Shown one piece after another: positions 1 to 7,428 of a stretch of DNA of 16,636 nucleotides. The stretch lies in the NCBI GenBank assembly GCA_031549365.1, contig JAVBPX010000015.1, positions 1 through 16,636 of the forward strand, given 5' to 3'. Position 1 is the stretch's first letter, and the number at the start of each line of letters is the position of its first letter. A model generated the notes under the pieces. That model did no database searches, was not told the origin of the DNA, and saw only the letters and a program-made list of their open reading frames with translations. The DNA comes from Alphaproteobacteria bacterium. Lineage in GTDB: Bacteria > Pseudomonadota > Alphaproteobacteria > Rs-D84. The translations under genes and the position numbers were made by a program.

Positions 1-1
1 C

Positions 2-433
2 AAAGATTTGGAAGCAGCTGGCTTTAACCGTTTACTTGCAGCCGATGGGGGTGGTGCATCCACCCCTGCCGGTTCGTCGGCTACTATGCATGCGCCTACG
101 GTAGATCCAATGGCGCTTGTTGCCATTCAAAAAGCTCGTGCTGATATATCTAAAACTCGTGCAGATGAAGCGGTTGCTCACGCTACTGAAAAAAATCTTG
201 ATAAGCAAAATTTAATTTTGGATGTTGCTGGCCGTAAGGCTTTACATGATTTAAATATTGTTGAAAAGACTCCGGGCATGCCTTCTGATATGCCCGCTTA
301 TCTACGTTATGCAGGTAGTAAAATTGAAGATATTGGCACTAGTGTTGGTAACTATATGTCTCGTTATACTTCTCAGAAAAGCCCTTATACACCAGAACAA
401 CAAAGAGAAAGGTATTGGAAAAATAAACGTTAA
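2..433 (+). CDS. Microvirus DNA pilot / minor capsid protein VP2 (protein H analogue), 5'-truncated by the window edge
   Basis: The frame is open from base 2: KDLEAAGFNRLLAADGGGASTPAG matches the typical VP2 motif D-x-x-x-AG(L/F)N-x-x-LA...GGASTP-x-G. An Ala/Lys-rich helical segment follows (IQKARADISKTRADEAVAHATEKNLDKQN). The TTG at 8 is internal, not the start. Confidence 0.85.
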   Translation, partial: KDLEAAGFNRLLAADGGGASTPAGSSATMHAPTVDPMALVAIQKARADISKTRADEAVAHATEKNLDKQNLILDVAGRKALHDLNIVEKTPGMPSDMPAYLRYAGSKIEDIGTSVGNYMSRYTSQKSPYTPEQQRERYWKNKR

Positions 434-442
434 TTGAGAATC

Positions 443-571
443 ATGGCTAGGAATATAAATAGTAAGAGCCATTCAACAACTCTAAGAGACGATTTTATGC
501 TTTTAAGAGATTTTTTAATTTCTTCCATACCTAAAACAATAACAAAAGGAAAAAACAATGTCAAACAATAA
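443..571 (+). CDS. Small phage hypothetical protein (42 aa), not in the ORF track
   Basis: ATG at 443 to TAA at 569-571: MARNINSKSHSTTLRDDFMLLRDFLISSIPKTITKGKNNVKQ. It fills the gap between VP2 and the next gene and overlaps the latter by 14 nt. Only a weak GAGA lies upstream. Confidence 0.45.
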   Translation: MARNINSKSHSTTLRDDFMLLRDFLISSIPKTITKGKNNVKQ

Positions 572-890
572 ATTCATATTGCCCTTTGGCAAGAAAATAA
601 GCGGCGGTAACGCCTTTAATCCAAAAATGGATGTAACTGACCAGCGGTCACCGATTAACGACCCAGAGGCTCTTTATAATCAATTTATAATGAGTGAAGA
701 GTTAAAGGATGAGCTGGATAGCGAATCAATTGATGACTTCTTGGAAGATGTCCATCCCTATGATGATAGGTCTGAGTACGGAGTCGATGTTGCTATTGCA
801 GCACAAGCGGAAATCGCTTCGGCCGCAGGCCGATTAGCGAGTCGCAAAGAACCGCCCGCATCGTTTTTGAAGCGTAGCGCCAAAAGATAG
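558..890 (+). CDS. Phage protein, probable internal scaffolding protein (VP3-like)
   Basis: AGGA RBS at 547-550. Acidic 110-aa protein lying between VP2 and Rep. VTDQRSPINDPEALYNQF and YGVDV loosely resemble the VP3 'TxQ...D.N.I..' and 'YGD' motifs. The function is inferred. Confidence 0.55.
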   Translation: MSNNKFILPFGKKISGGNAFNPKMDVTDQRSPINDPEALYNQFIMSEELKDELDSESIDDFLEDVHPYDDRSEYGVDVAIAAQAEIASAAGRLASRKEPPASFLKRSAKR

Positions 891-969
891 GCGGCGGTTG
901 CAATTGGCGCGAGGTTCGAGGCCCCAGTCCGAAGTGATTCCGCGCTGCTAAAAAAAGCGAAGCAACGTC

Positions 970-1047
970 GCAGCATACCTGCGGTAGCCGGCGGGCAAAT
1001 ACAAAAAGCCCATGCCGGCGGCATTAGCAGGTAAAGCGAGGCGCTGC
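970..1047 (+). other. GC-rich nested stem-loop in the phage intergenic region (candidate complementary-strand origin)
   Basis: Nested pairs: GCAGC 970-974/GCTGC 1043-1047, TACCTGC 976-982/GCAGGTA 1027-1033, GCCGGC 987-992/1014-1019 and GGGC 993-996/GCCC 1008-1011, around an A-rich loop. Confidence 0.5.
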
Positions 1048-1057
1048 CGAGCATCAC

Positions 1058-1090
1058 TGGGGATTATACTTACTTGATATATAATCCCCA
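1058..1090 (+). other. Rolling-circle (plus-strand) replication origin hairpin
   Basis: Perfect 11-bp stem TGGGGATTATA/TATAATCCCCA with loop CTTACTTGATA. The loop contains ACTTG^ATA, the core of the phiX174 gpA nick site (CAACTTG^ATA). It lies just upstream of Rep. Confidence 0.8.
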
Positions 1091-1125
1091 ACTGACACAA
1101 CTCAAAGTGCACAAGGAGTTTGTCT

Positions 1126-1848
1126 ATGTTTTGTGAAAAACCCAAAGGGATATATCCCTGTCGTAAATGTAGAGCTTGTAATTTGGCAAAAGCCAATGAA
1201 AAAATGATAGTGTCTATATTCGCGGCCGCAGAATATAAGAAAAAAGGTCAATTTTTAACCCTAACCTATTCCGATGACAGTTTACCGAATGGTCTTAATC
1301 ATGCTGATTTCGCAGGATTTATGAAGCGTCTTCGCCGTCTTGACGGTACGCCGGATGTTAAGTTTCATGTCGCGGGCGAATATGGTGAAAAGTCTGGCCG
1401 CGAACACTTTCACGTTCTTATTTATAATTATCATTATGATATAGAGCTTGTAAAACGCGCTTGGAATATGGGTTTCGTATATGACGGTACCCTAACCCCA
1501 AAATCTATGAAATACGTTTCCGGTTATGTCTGTAAAAAAGGCTATGACCCCGGATCCGGAAAACGCGCGCCCTACGGGCGAACAAGTATTAATCTACCTG
1601 ACGGTTTATCTACACAGGAAATCGTTGATATGTGCATGTCTGGTCGCGTTCAATATAATGGTCGCAAATTTTCCGTTCCGAAAAATTGGCGTCGTCGATA
1701 TAATTTCTTATGGCATGATTGTATTAATCACCGCGTTGAAGCTCGCGAATCGGAGCCTATAAGAGATGTCTTGACACCCAAAACCATCTCTGCTATGATG
1801 GATGAAAGAGAGCGGAAATTCGCTCTTAAAAGGCGGAAAAGAATATAG
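1126..1848 (+). CDS. Microvirus replication initiation protein VP4 (HUH endonuclease)
   Basis: N-terminal Cys cluster (C...PCRKCRAC), motif I FLTLTY, GEYG followed by motif II HFHVLIY, and motif III YVSGYVCK (YxxxY). The AAGGAG RBS at 1113-1118 favours ATG 1126 over TTG 1120. Confidence 0.93.
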   Translation: MFCEKPKGIYPCRKCRACNLAKANEKMIVSIFAAAEYKKKGQFLTLTYSDDSLPNGLNHADFAGFMKRLRRLDGTPDVKFHVAGEYGEKSGREHFHVLIYNYHYDIELVKRAWNMGFVYDGTLTPKSMKYVSGYVCKKGYDPGSGKRAPYGRTSINLPDGLSTQEIVDMCMSGRVQYNGRKFSVPKNWRRRYNFLWHDCINHRVEARESEPIRDVLTPKTISAMMDERERKFALKRRKRI

Positions 1849-1878
1849 TGGTGGTTTACAGCGTTCTCCCTACGAACC

Positions 1879-1907
1879 GCACCGCATAACGCCATATTAT
1901 GAATAGT
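1879..1907 (+). other. dif-like XerC/XerD site 1 (7-bp spacer)
   Basis: GCACCGCATAA-CGCCATA-TTATGAATAGT versus E. coli dif GGTGCGCATAA-TGTATA-TTATGTTAAAT. The inner CGCATAA...TTATG is conserved. It sits 30 bp after the Rep stop. Confidence 0.6.
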
Positions 1908-1944
1908 TCGAGATATGAAAATGGGGATGGCGTCGACAGGCCTC

Positions 1945-1972
1945 ATTTAAAATAATATTAGTAATGGCGCCG
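1945..1972 (-). other. dif-like XerC/XerD site 2 (inverted, 6-bp spacer)
   Basis: The minus strand reads CGGCGCCATTA-CTAATA-TTATTTTAAAT. The XerD-type arm matches TTATGTTAAAT at 10/11; the XerC-type arm is degenerate. Confidence 0.4.
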
Positions 1973-1978
1973 CAGTTG

Positions 1979-1987
1979 TGATATAAT
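1979..1987 (+). promoter_or_regulatory. Extended -10 promoter for gpmI (probably leaderless transcript)
   Basis: TG-A-TATAAT with 7 nt between it and the ATG at 1995; no SD sequence. Confidence 0.6.
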
Positions 1988-1994
1988 AATTCGC

Positions 1995-3539
1995 ATGACA
2001 AAACATAAACCTTTGGTTCTTTGTATTCTTGATGGCGTTGGCTTGCGTGATTCCGATGTTTCGAATGCTGTGGCCGGCGCAAGATTGCCAACCTTGGCGA
2101 AATTATCACGCGAATATCCTGGTGTTGCTATTAATGCGTCTGGGTTGTCTGTTGGCCTCCCCGTTGGCACGATGGGAAATTCTGAGGTTGGGCACATAAC
2201 AATCGGATCTGGTCGTGTTGTTAAGCAATATTTACTGCGCTTTCAAGAAATGTTGCGCAATAAAACCCTATTTTCACAGCCGAATTTGGCGAGATTCGTT
2301 AGCAAAATGGCCAAAAACCGCGGGATTGTACATGTTATGGGGTTGATGTCAGACGGTGATGTGCATGCTGATTTACATGACGCAATTCAGATTGTCCGCC
2401 ATTTGTTGGGAAAAAAATTGCGTGTTTGCATACATTTTATTGCTGATGGGCGCGATGTTTCCCCGATTTCCGCTGAAAAATACATATTAGAAATAAAATC
2501 GGAATTTAAATCAAATATCAAAAATAATTCATTGTTTTTTGGGACAATTTCTGGCCGATATTGGTCTATGGATCGTAATAATAATTGGGCCCGCACCGAA
2601 CTTTCATTTAATGCTGTTGCATATGGAAAATCAAAATACAATTATCCAGACATAGACACGGCTCTGAAATCTGCCCGTTTGCGTGGCGAAACGGATGAAT
2701 TTGTCGCCCCGACCTGTATTGCTGATTATTCAGGGATTTCAAAAAACGATGGATTTCTATTTACAAACTATCGCTCGGATCGTGCGCGACAAATTGTTGC
2801 GGCGGTCGGCGATCCGAAATTTAATAAATTTAATCGTGGAAAATACGGTGTCCCAACCATGTTGGGTTTTTCGCAATACGATGAAAATTCAGATAAATAT
2901 TGTCCTGCATTGATTCTTGATATTAAAACTGAAAATACGCTGGGTTTGGTATTGTCGAAACATGGTTTAAAACAATTGCGTATTGCAGAAACAGAAAAAT
3001 ATAATCATGTAACATATTTTTTTGATGCGGAATCAATGGATAAATATCATGGCGAAGAACAAATTTTAATCCCCTCGCCGTCTGTGGCAACCTTTGATTT
3101 AGCGCCGGAGATGTCAGCCAAAAAAATCACAAAAATACTGATTGATAGCCTATCTGGGTTCGATTTTGTCGTGGTTAATTACGCAAATGGCGATATGTTG
3201 GGCCATACGGGCATTGAATCTGCTGCAATTCATGGATTGGAAACGGTTGATTCTTGTTTATCCCAATTGGTTCCGGCGGTTTTAAAGTTGGATGGAACAA
3301 TTATAATAACGGCGGACCATGGCAACGCCGAAGAAATGTGGGATAAAAAACATAATATGCCCCATACTGCGCATACGACAAATTTGGTACCATTCATGTT
3401 AATCGGGAATGATGTCAAAAATTACAAATTACGTAACGGCGGTGGTCTGTCCGATATTGCGCCAACTGTTTTGGATTTGCTGGGAATTAAAAAACCGGCC
3501 CAGATGACCGGCGTGTCGTTGGTTAAAAATAAAAATTAA
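1995..3539 (+). CDS. gpmI: 2,3-bisphosphoglycerate-independent phosphoglycerate mutase
   Basis: 514 aa with motifs ILDGVG, GLPVGTMGNSEVGH (phospho-Ser), DGRDV, GRYWSMDR, AETEKYNHVTYFF, NGDMLGHTG, TADHGNAEEM and HTAHT. Confidence 0.97.
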   Translation: MTKHKPLVLCILDGVGLRDSDVSNAVAGARLPTLAKLSREYPGVAINASGLSVGLPVGTMGNSEVGHITIGSGRVVKQYLLRFQEMLRNKTLFSQPNLARFVSKMAKNRGIVHVMGLMSDGDVHADLHDAIQIVRHLLGKKLRVCIHFIADGRDVSPISAEKYILEIKSEFKSNIKNNSLFFGTISGRYWSMDRNNNWARTELSFNAVAYGKSKYNYPDIDTALKSARLRGETDEFVAPTCIADYSGISKNDGFLFTNYRSDRARQIVAAVGDPKFNKFNRGKYGVPTMLGFSQYDENSDKYCPALILDIKTENTLGLVLSKHGLKQLRIAETEKYNHVTYFFDAESMDKYHGEEQILIPSPSVATFDLAPEMSAKKITKILIDSLSGFDFVVVNYANGDMLGHTGIESAAIHGLETVDSCLSQLVPAVLKLDGTIIITADHGNAEEMWDKKHNMPHTAHTTNLVPFMLIGNDVKNYKLRNGGGLSDIAPTVLDLLGIKKPAQMTGVSLVKNKN

Positions 3540-3574
3540 TCTATTTAAATAACCATTTGAAATGGGTATAAATT

Positions 3575-4144
3575 TTATTTTTTTTCACCATTGGTTTGAC
3601 GATATTTTTTCAAAGAAGATATAGTTTTTGCCAATGTTTTTTGTAAATTTTCATCGTTTGTTTCAACGATTATATCTGCATTTGCATATATGTCATAACG
3701 TTCGTCAATTAATGTTTTTAAAATCTTTTTGGAATCTGTGTTTAATAGTTGTGGCCGCGTGTTACGAAAATTTGTACGTTTGACCAATAAATCCAGATCT
3801 GCCCGTAACCAAATTGAAATCGCATTTTCAAGAATCAGCTTTCGAATTGCAGGAGTTATAAATGCCCCTTCGCCAGTTGAAATAACTTTTAAATAAGGTG
3901 GCGAAGACAACAGGCGCTCGATTACTCTTTCTTCGACTCGACGAAATTCGACTTCGCCGTACAATGAAAATATATCAACCACAGAGCATCCGGCAGCAGC
4001 CTCGATTTCATGATCGGAGTCAACAAAGGGTATATCTAATTTTTTTGCCAACATGCGCCCTATTGACGTTTTCCCAGCGCCCATCAAACCAACCATAACG
4101 ATTGGTTTATTTAATTCGAATGATGTTGTTTTATAATTGCTCAT
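3575..4144 (-). CDS. aroK: Shikimate kinase
   Basis: Walker A GLMGAGKT, FVDSDHEIE, GEVEFRRVE, STGEG and the RPQLL lid. The start overlaps the prfA end by 14 nt. Confidence 0.92.
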   Translation of the reverse strand: MSNYKTTSFELNKPIVMVGLMGAGKTSIGRMLAKKLDIPFVDSDHEIEAAAGCSVVDIFSLYGEVEFRRVEERVIERLLSSPPYLKVISTGEGAFITPAIRKLILENAISIWLRADLDLLVKRTNFRNTRPQLLNTDSKKILKTLIDERYDIYANADIIVETNDENLQKTLAKTISSLKKYRQTNGEKK

Positions 4145-5207
4145 GATTGATGTTTGCCAATAATTCCAATTGATGCGCCGCAGTCATAGCGTCAATCATT
4201 TGATCCAGTGCAGGACCGCCAGCCAAAATATCGTCCAATTTATACAGTGTTAATTTAATCCGATGATCTGTGACACGCTGTTCAGGAAAATTATAAGTAC
4301 GAATTTTTTCGGATCGATCCCCTGATCCGACCTGGGTTTTGCGGTTTGCATCGCGTTCATTTGCTTGGTCCATACGTTGTTTTTCGTATAGTTTGGCACG
4401 CAAAATTGTCATTGCTCGGGCGCGATTTTGAATCTGTGAACGTTCGTCTTGGGATTGAACAACAATCCCAGTTGGTATGTGTGTAATTCGAACAGCAGAA
4501 TCGGTTTTATTAACGTGCTGGCCCCCGGCCCCACCGGCGCGATATGTATCAATGCGCAAATCTTTATCGTTTATTGTTACGTCAATGTCTTCGGCCTCGG
4601 GCATGACCGCAACGGATGCTGCGGACGTGTGGATGCGTCCACTGGCTTCGGTTTCAGGGACCCGTTGAACACGATGAATTCCTGATTCAAATTTTAATTT
4701 TGCGAACGCCCCCTCGCCCAAGATGCGGAATACAATTTCTTTGAAACCATTCAGAGACATTGGATTTTCGTCCATTACTTCGACTCGCCATCCGTGGTTC
4801 AAGGCATATGATTTGTATTGATTGAATAAATCCGCCGCAAATAATCCAGCTTCGTCCCCGCCGACGCCGGCGCGAATTTCAATGATTACACTGCGGTCGT
4901 CTGCCTCGTCGCGTGGTAATAATGCGACTTGTAATTCCTGTTCTAGTTCGGGTAATTTGGATTTTGCGGCATATAATTCATCCGACGCAAATGCCCGCAT
5001 TTCAGGATCATTCATCATTTCTGTTGCGTCAGCAATAGCTTGTTTTGTTTGAAAATACGCGCGAACCATTGGCATAATTTCGTTCAAACGGCTGTACTCT
5101 TTGTTTAGTTTTACCAATTCGGCGCCAGAAACATCCCCGGAATTTAACGAGTTTTCAATATCACGAAAGCGATCGGATATGTTGGTTAATTTTTGATCGA
5201 AACTCAT
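4131..5207 (-). CDS. prfA: Peptide chain release factor 1
   Basis: EIRAGVGGDEA, HRVQRVPETE (RF1-type PxT), GGAGGQHVNKTDSAVR and RSEKIRTYNFP. Confidence 0.97.
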   Translation of the reverse strand: MSFDQKLTNISDRFRDIENSLNSGDVSGAELVKLNKEYSRLNEIMPMVRAYFQTKQAIADATEMMNDPEMRAFASDELYAAKSKLPELEQELQVALLPRDEADDRSVIIEIRAGVGGDEAGLFAADLFNQYKSYALNHGWRVEVMDENPMSLNGFKEIVFRILGEGAFAKLKFESGIHRVQRVPETEASGRIHTSAASVAVMPEAEDIDVTINDKDLRIDTYRAGGAGGQHVNKTDSAVRITHIPTGIVVQSQDERSQIQNRARAMTILRAKLYEKQRMDQANERDANRKTQVGSGDRSEKIRTYNFPEQRVTDHRIKLTLYKLDDILAGGPALDQMIDAMTAAHQLELLANINHEQL

Positions 5208-5210
5208 GGC

Positions 5211-6515
5211 TTAGCGCACCCCATCGGATAATTTTTTAATGACATCCGATATAGACATTGTTTCCTGGTCCCCAGATTCCATGTTTTTTACGGTTGCAGT
5301 TTTATTAGCTTCTTCGTCCTCACCAATAATAACAGTATATTTAACATTGATTTTATTCGCAAACTCCATTTGTTTTTTGAATTTTTTATCGGCATCCAAA
5401 TATGGAATCGCGGAAACTCCATGGCCTCGCAATTCGGCCAAAACATTCAAAGCGTATGCTACGCGATCATTGCCCATTACCAATACTGCGGCATCTGCAA
5501 CAGATTCAAATCGTGATAAATCAATCTTGTTTTGGTCAAACAGCGCAACAATCATACGCGATAGTCCGATTGCGGCGCCAACGCCAACATATTGATTTTT
5601 TGAAAATCTGGAACACAAATCAGCATATCGTCCGCCTCCGCCAACGCTGTTTAATTCCGGGTGATCGGTCAAATAAAATTCAAACACAATACCGGTATAG
5701 TAAGCGTGTCCTCGCATAATTGATAAATCAATTGTGTAATTTTTTATACCAAATGATTCCAGCTGTTTTTCAAATGTTTTGATGTCATCAATTGTTGCTG
5801 TCAATCTTTCGGATTTATCGGCCCAGATGTCATATTTGTTTTCAAATACGCTTAATACCATTTCTGTTTTATCTTTGCCGATTGAATCAATTAACGCATT
5901 GCGAAAATCATCAAAGTTTAATTTATCTTTTTTATCAATTAATGAAAATGCGGCTCTGGATTCGTTTTCATCGAATTCTCCGTATTCAAAAAAAGCATTC
6001 CAAAATTCGCGAGATCCGATTTTGATAATTGTTGGCCCAACAAATTCAGAAATTGATCCATACGCATTCGCCAAGGTTGCGATAATTTCAGCGTCATAAT
6101 TTGTGGACAAAGTTTGTTCTCCAATAATATCAATATCCATTTGATAAAATTCGCGATATCGGCCGCGTTGTGGACGTTCACCACGGTATACCCTATTCAA
6201 TTGGAATGCGCGAAACGGGAAAAACAAATCATTTACATGCCCCGAGACGTATCTGGCCAACCCAACGGTGCCGTCATAGCGTAGGCCCATTTTAGTGTCG
6301 CCCTTTTCAAACAGATAAATTTGCGTTTTTAATTCGTCTGAATCCTGATCGCCGATTAATACTTCGGCCCTCTCGATTGCGGGCAAATCCAGACGCATAA
6401 ATCCAGAATTTTTAAAAACATTTGAAATTCTGGTGGAAATTAAATCAAACACTCGCTGTTGAACGGGTGTTAATTCAATGAATCCTGATAATGGTTGTGT
6501 TGGTCGTAATATCAT
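5211..6515 (-). CDS. hisS: Histidine--tRNA ligase
   Basis: LRYDGTVGLARY, YRGERPQRGRYREFYQMDIDIIG, RGHAYYTGIVFE and GGGGRY, plus a C-terminal anticodon-binding domain (KFKKQMEFANK...IIGEDE). Confidence 0.95.
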   Translation of the reverse strand: MILRPTQPLSGFIELTPVQQRVFDLISTRISNVFKNSGFMRLDLPAIERAEVLIGDQDSDELKTQIYLFEKGDTKMGLRYDGTVGLARYVSGHVNDLFFPFRAFQLNRVYRGERPQRGRYREFYQMDIDIIGEQTLSTNYDAEIIATLANAYGSISEFVGPTIIKIGSREFWNAFFEYGEFDENESRAAFSLIDKKDKLNFDDFRNALIDSIGKDKTEMVLSVFENKYDIWADKSERLTATIDDIKTFEKQLESFGIKNYTIDLSIMRGHAYYTGIVFEFYLTDHPELNSVGGGGRYADLCSRFSKNQYVGVGAAIGLSRMIVALFDQNKIDLSRFESVADAAVLVMGNDRVAYALNVLAELRGHGVSAIPYLDADKKFKKQMEFANKINVKYTVIIGEDEEANKTATVKNMESGDQETMSISDVIKKLSDGVR

Positions 6516-6516
6516 A

Positions 6517-7353
6517 TTATTGCTGTTCTGTTTCGATCATTAGTGTTTCTGGGTTCATGTTAATTTGCGAACGGCGCACTTTGTCCGAACCCAATGCAGG
6601 GGCCCTTTTGCCATTAACAAAAACATCCAATCCGCCGGCGTTACCAACGGTCATTGACATATTTTGATTCCCTTTTGGGGCATAATAAATATCGCCTGGC
6701 ATCAATACGCGGGAAAATAAAACTTCGCGTGTTTTAGTGTCTTCAATTTTAATCCATGTTTCAGATGTTGCTTGCATAATAACAATTGCGTCCGATTTGT
6801 TTTCGTTTCCATATTCGGTTGCAATTGTTTTTGAATATGATGGCGCAGATAATACTTCGATTAATCCAGGTTCATCATTTTTGTTTGTTGATCCGCTGAA
6901 CATAACAATCGCACCTCCAACAATCAAAAATAAAGCAAATGCAACGCATCCCAGTACCAACCATTTTTTTTGGTTGACAGAAATTGCGAATTTCTTTTTG
7001 AAATCGATGGGTTTCCTGGTGTCGGCGACTGTGCAAACAGTTTTATCCGATGTCGTGTCGGCATCTTTGGTTTTGTCTTCGATTTCTTCTACGAAACCCA
7101 TTTCTTGTTTGATTTTTGATGTGATTAATTCTGGATCAACCCCCAATTCCAAAGCATAATTTCGCGCAAATCCCAAAACATATACAGTTTCTGGCAATGC
7201 GGAATAATTCCCAGCTTCCAGAGCTTCTAAAAAATCCTCGCGGATGCATAATTTTTTTGCAATTGTGCCCAATTCGCGATTGCGCTTTGATTTTTGTCGC
7301 GCATTTTTTAAAATTTCCGCAGCAGTTAAATTGTTTGGTGTCGCAGATGTCAT
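6517..7353 (-). CDS. rodZ: RodZ-like cell shape protein (HTH_25 - TM - DUF4115)
   Basis: N-terminal HTH (IAKKLCIREDFLEALEAGNYSALPETVYVLGFARNYALELGVD), one TM helix (WLVLGCVAFALFLIVGGAIVMF) and a C-terminal VGNAGGLDVFVNGK motif. It lies upstream of hisS, as is common for rodZ. Confidence 0.88.
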   Translation of the reverse strand: MTSATPNNLTAAEILKNARQKSKRNRELGTIAKKLCIREDFLEALEAGNYSALPETVYVLGFARNYALELGVDPELITSKIKQEMGFVEEIEDKTKDADTTSDKTVCTVADTRKPIDFKKKFAISVNQKKWLVLGCVAFALFLIVGGAIVMFSGSTNKNDEPGLIEVLSAPSYSKTIATEYGNENKSDAIVIMQATSETWIKIEDTKTREVLFSRVLMPGDIYYAPKGNQNMSMTVGNAGGLDVFVNGKRAPALGSDKVRRSQINMNPETLMIETEQQ

Positions 7354-7382
7354 TTTTTATATCCCTTTGGTTTCATTTCGAT

Positions 7383-7411
7383 ATTCTATAACGCGATAAG
7401 CAATATTGCAA
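7383..7411 (-). promoter_or_regulatory. Sigma70-type promoter for rodZ-hisS-prfA-aroK
   Basis: Minus strand TTGCAA-17 bp-TAGAAT, with AAGGGA just before the rodZ ATG. Confidence 0.55.
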
Positions 7412-7428
7412 CCGAAAAACGCCCCAAA

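Larger units (their letters stand above)
1..1972 (+). mobile_element. End of a Microviridae-like prophage (VP2 - small ORF - VP3-like - ori - Rep - dif-like att); continues beyond the left edge
   Basis: Co-oriented microvirus hallmark genes (VP2 motif; HUH Rep with two catalytic Tyr) and a phiX-like nick site in a hairpin. Dif-like motifs at 1879-1907 and 1945-1972 are followed directly by housekeeping gpmI. The exact right boundary is uncertain (~1890-1972). Confidence 0.85.

Noticed and set aside
758-1196. Minus-strand ORFs 758-1057 and 948-1196 in the phage region
   Set aside because: Microvirus genes are normally on one strand. These ORFs cross the GC-rich structured region and the origin and show no recognisable motifs.
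1802-1906. 34-aa plus-strand ORF overlapping the Rep end and dif-like site 1
   Set aside because: Short, no clear RBS and no motif; it cannot be supported.
3547-3572. Terminator between convergent gpmI and aroK
   Set aside because: Only a weak AT-rich stem (CCATTT-G-AAATGG); plausible but not supportable.
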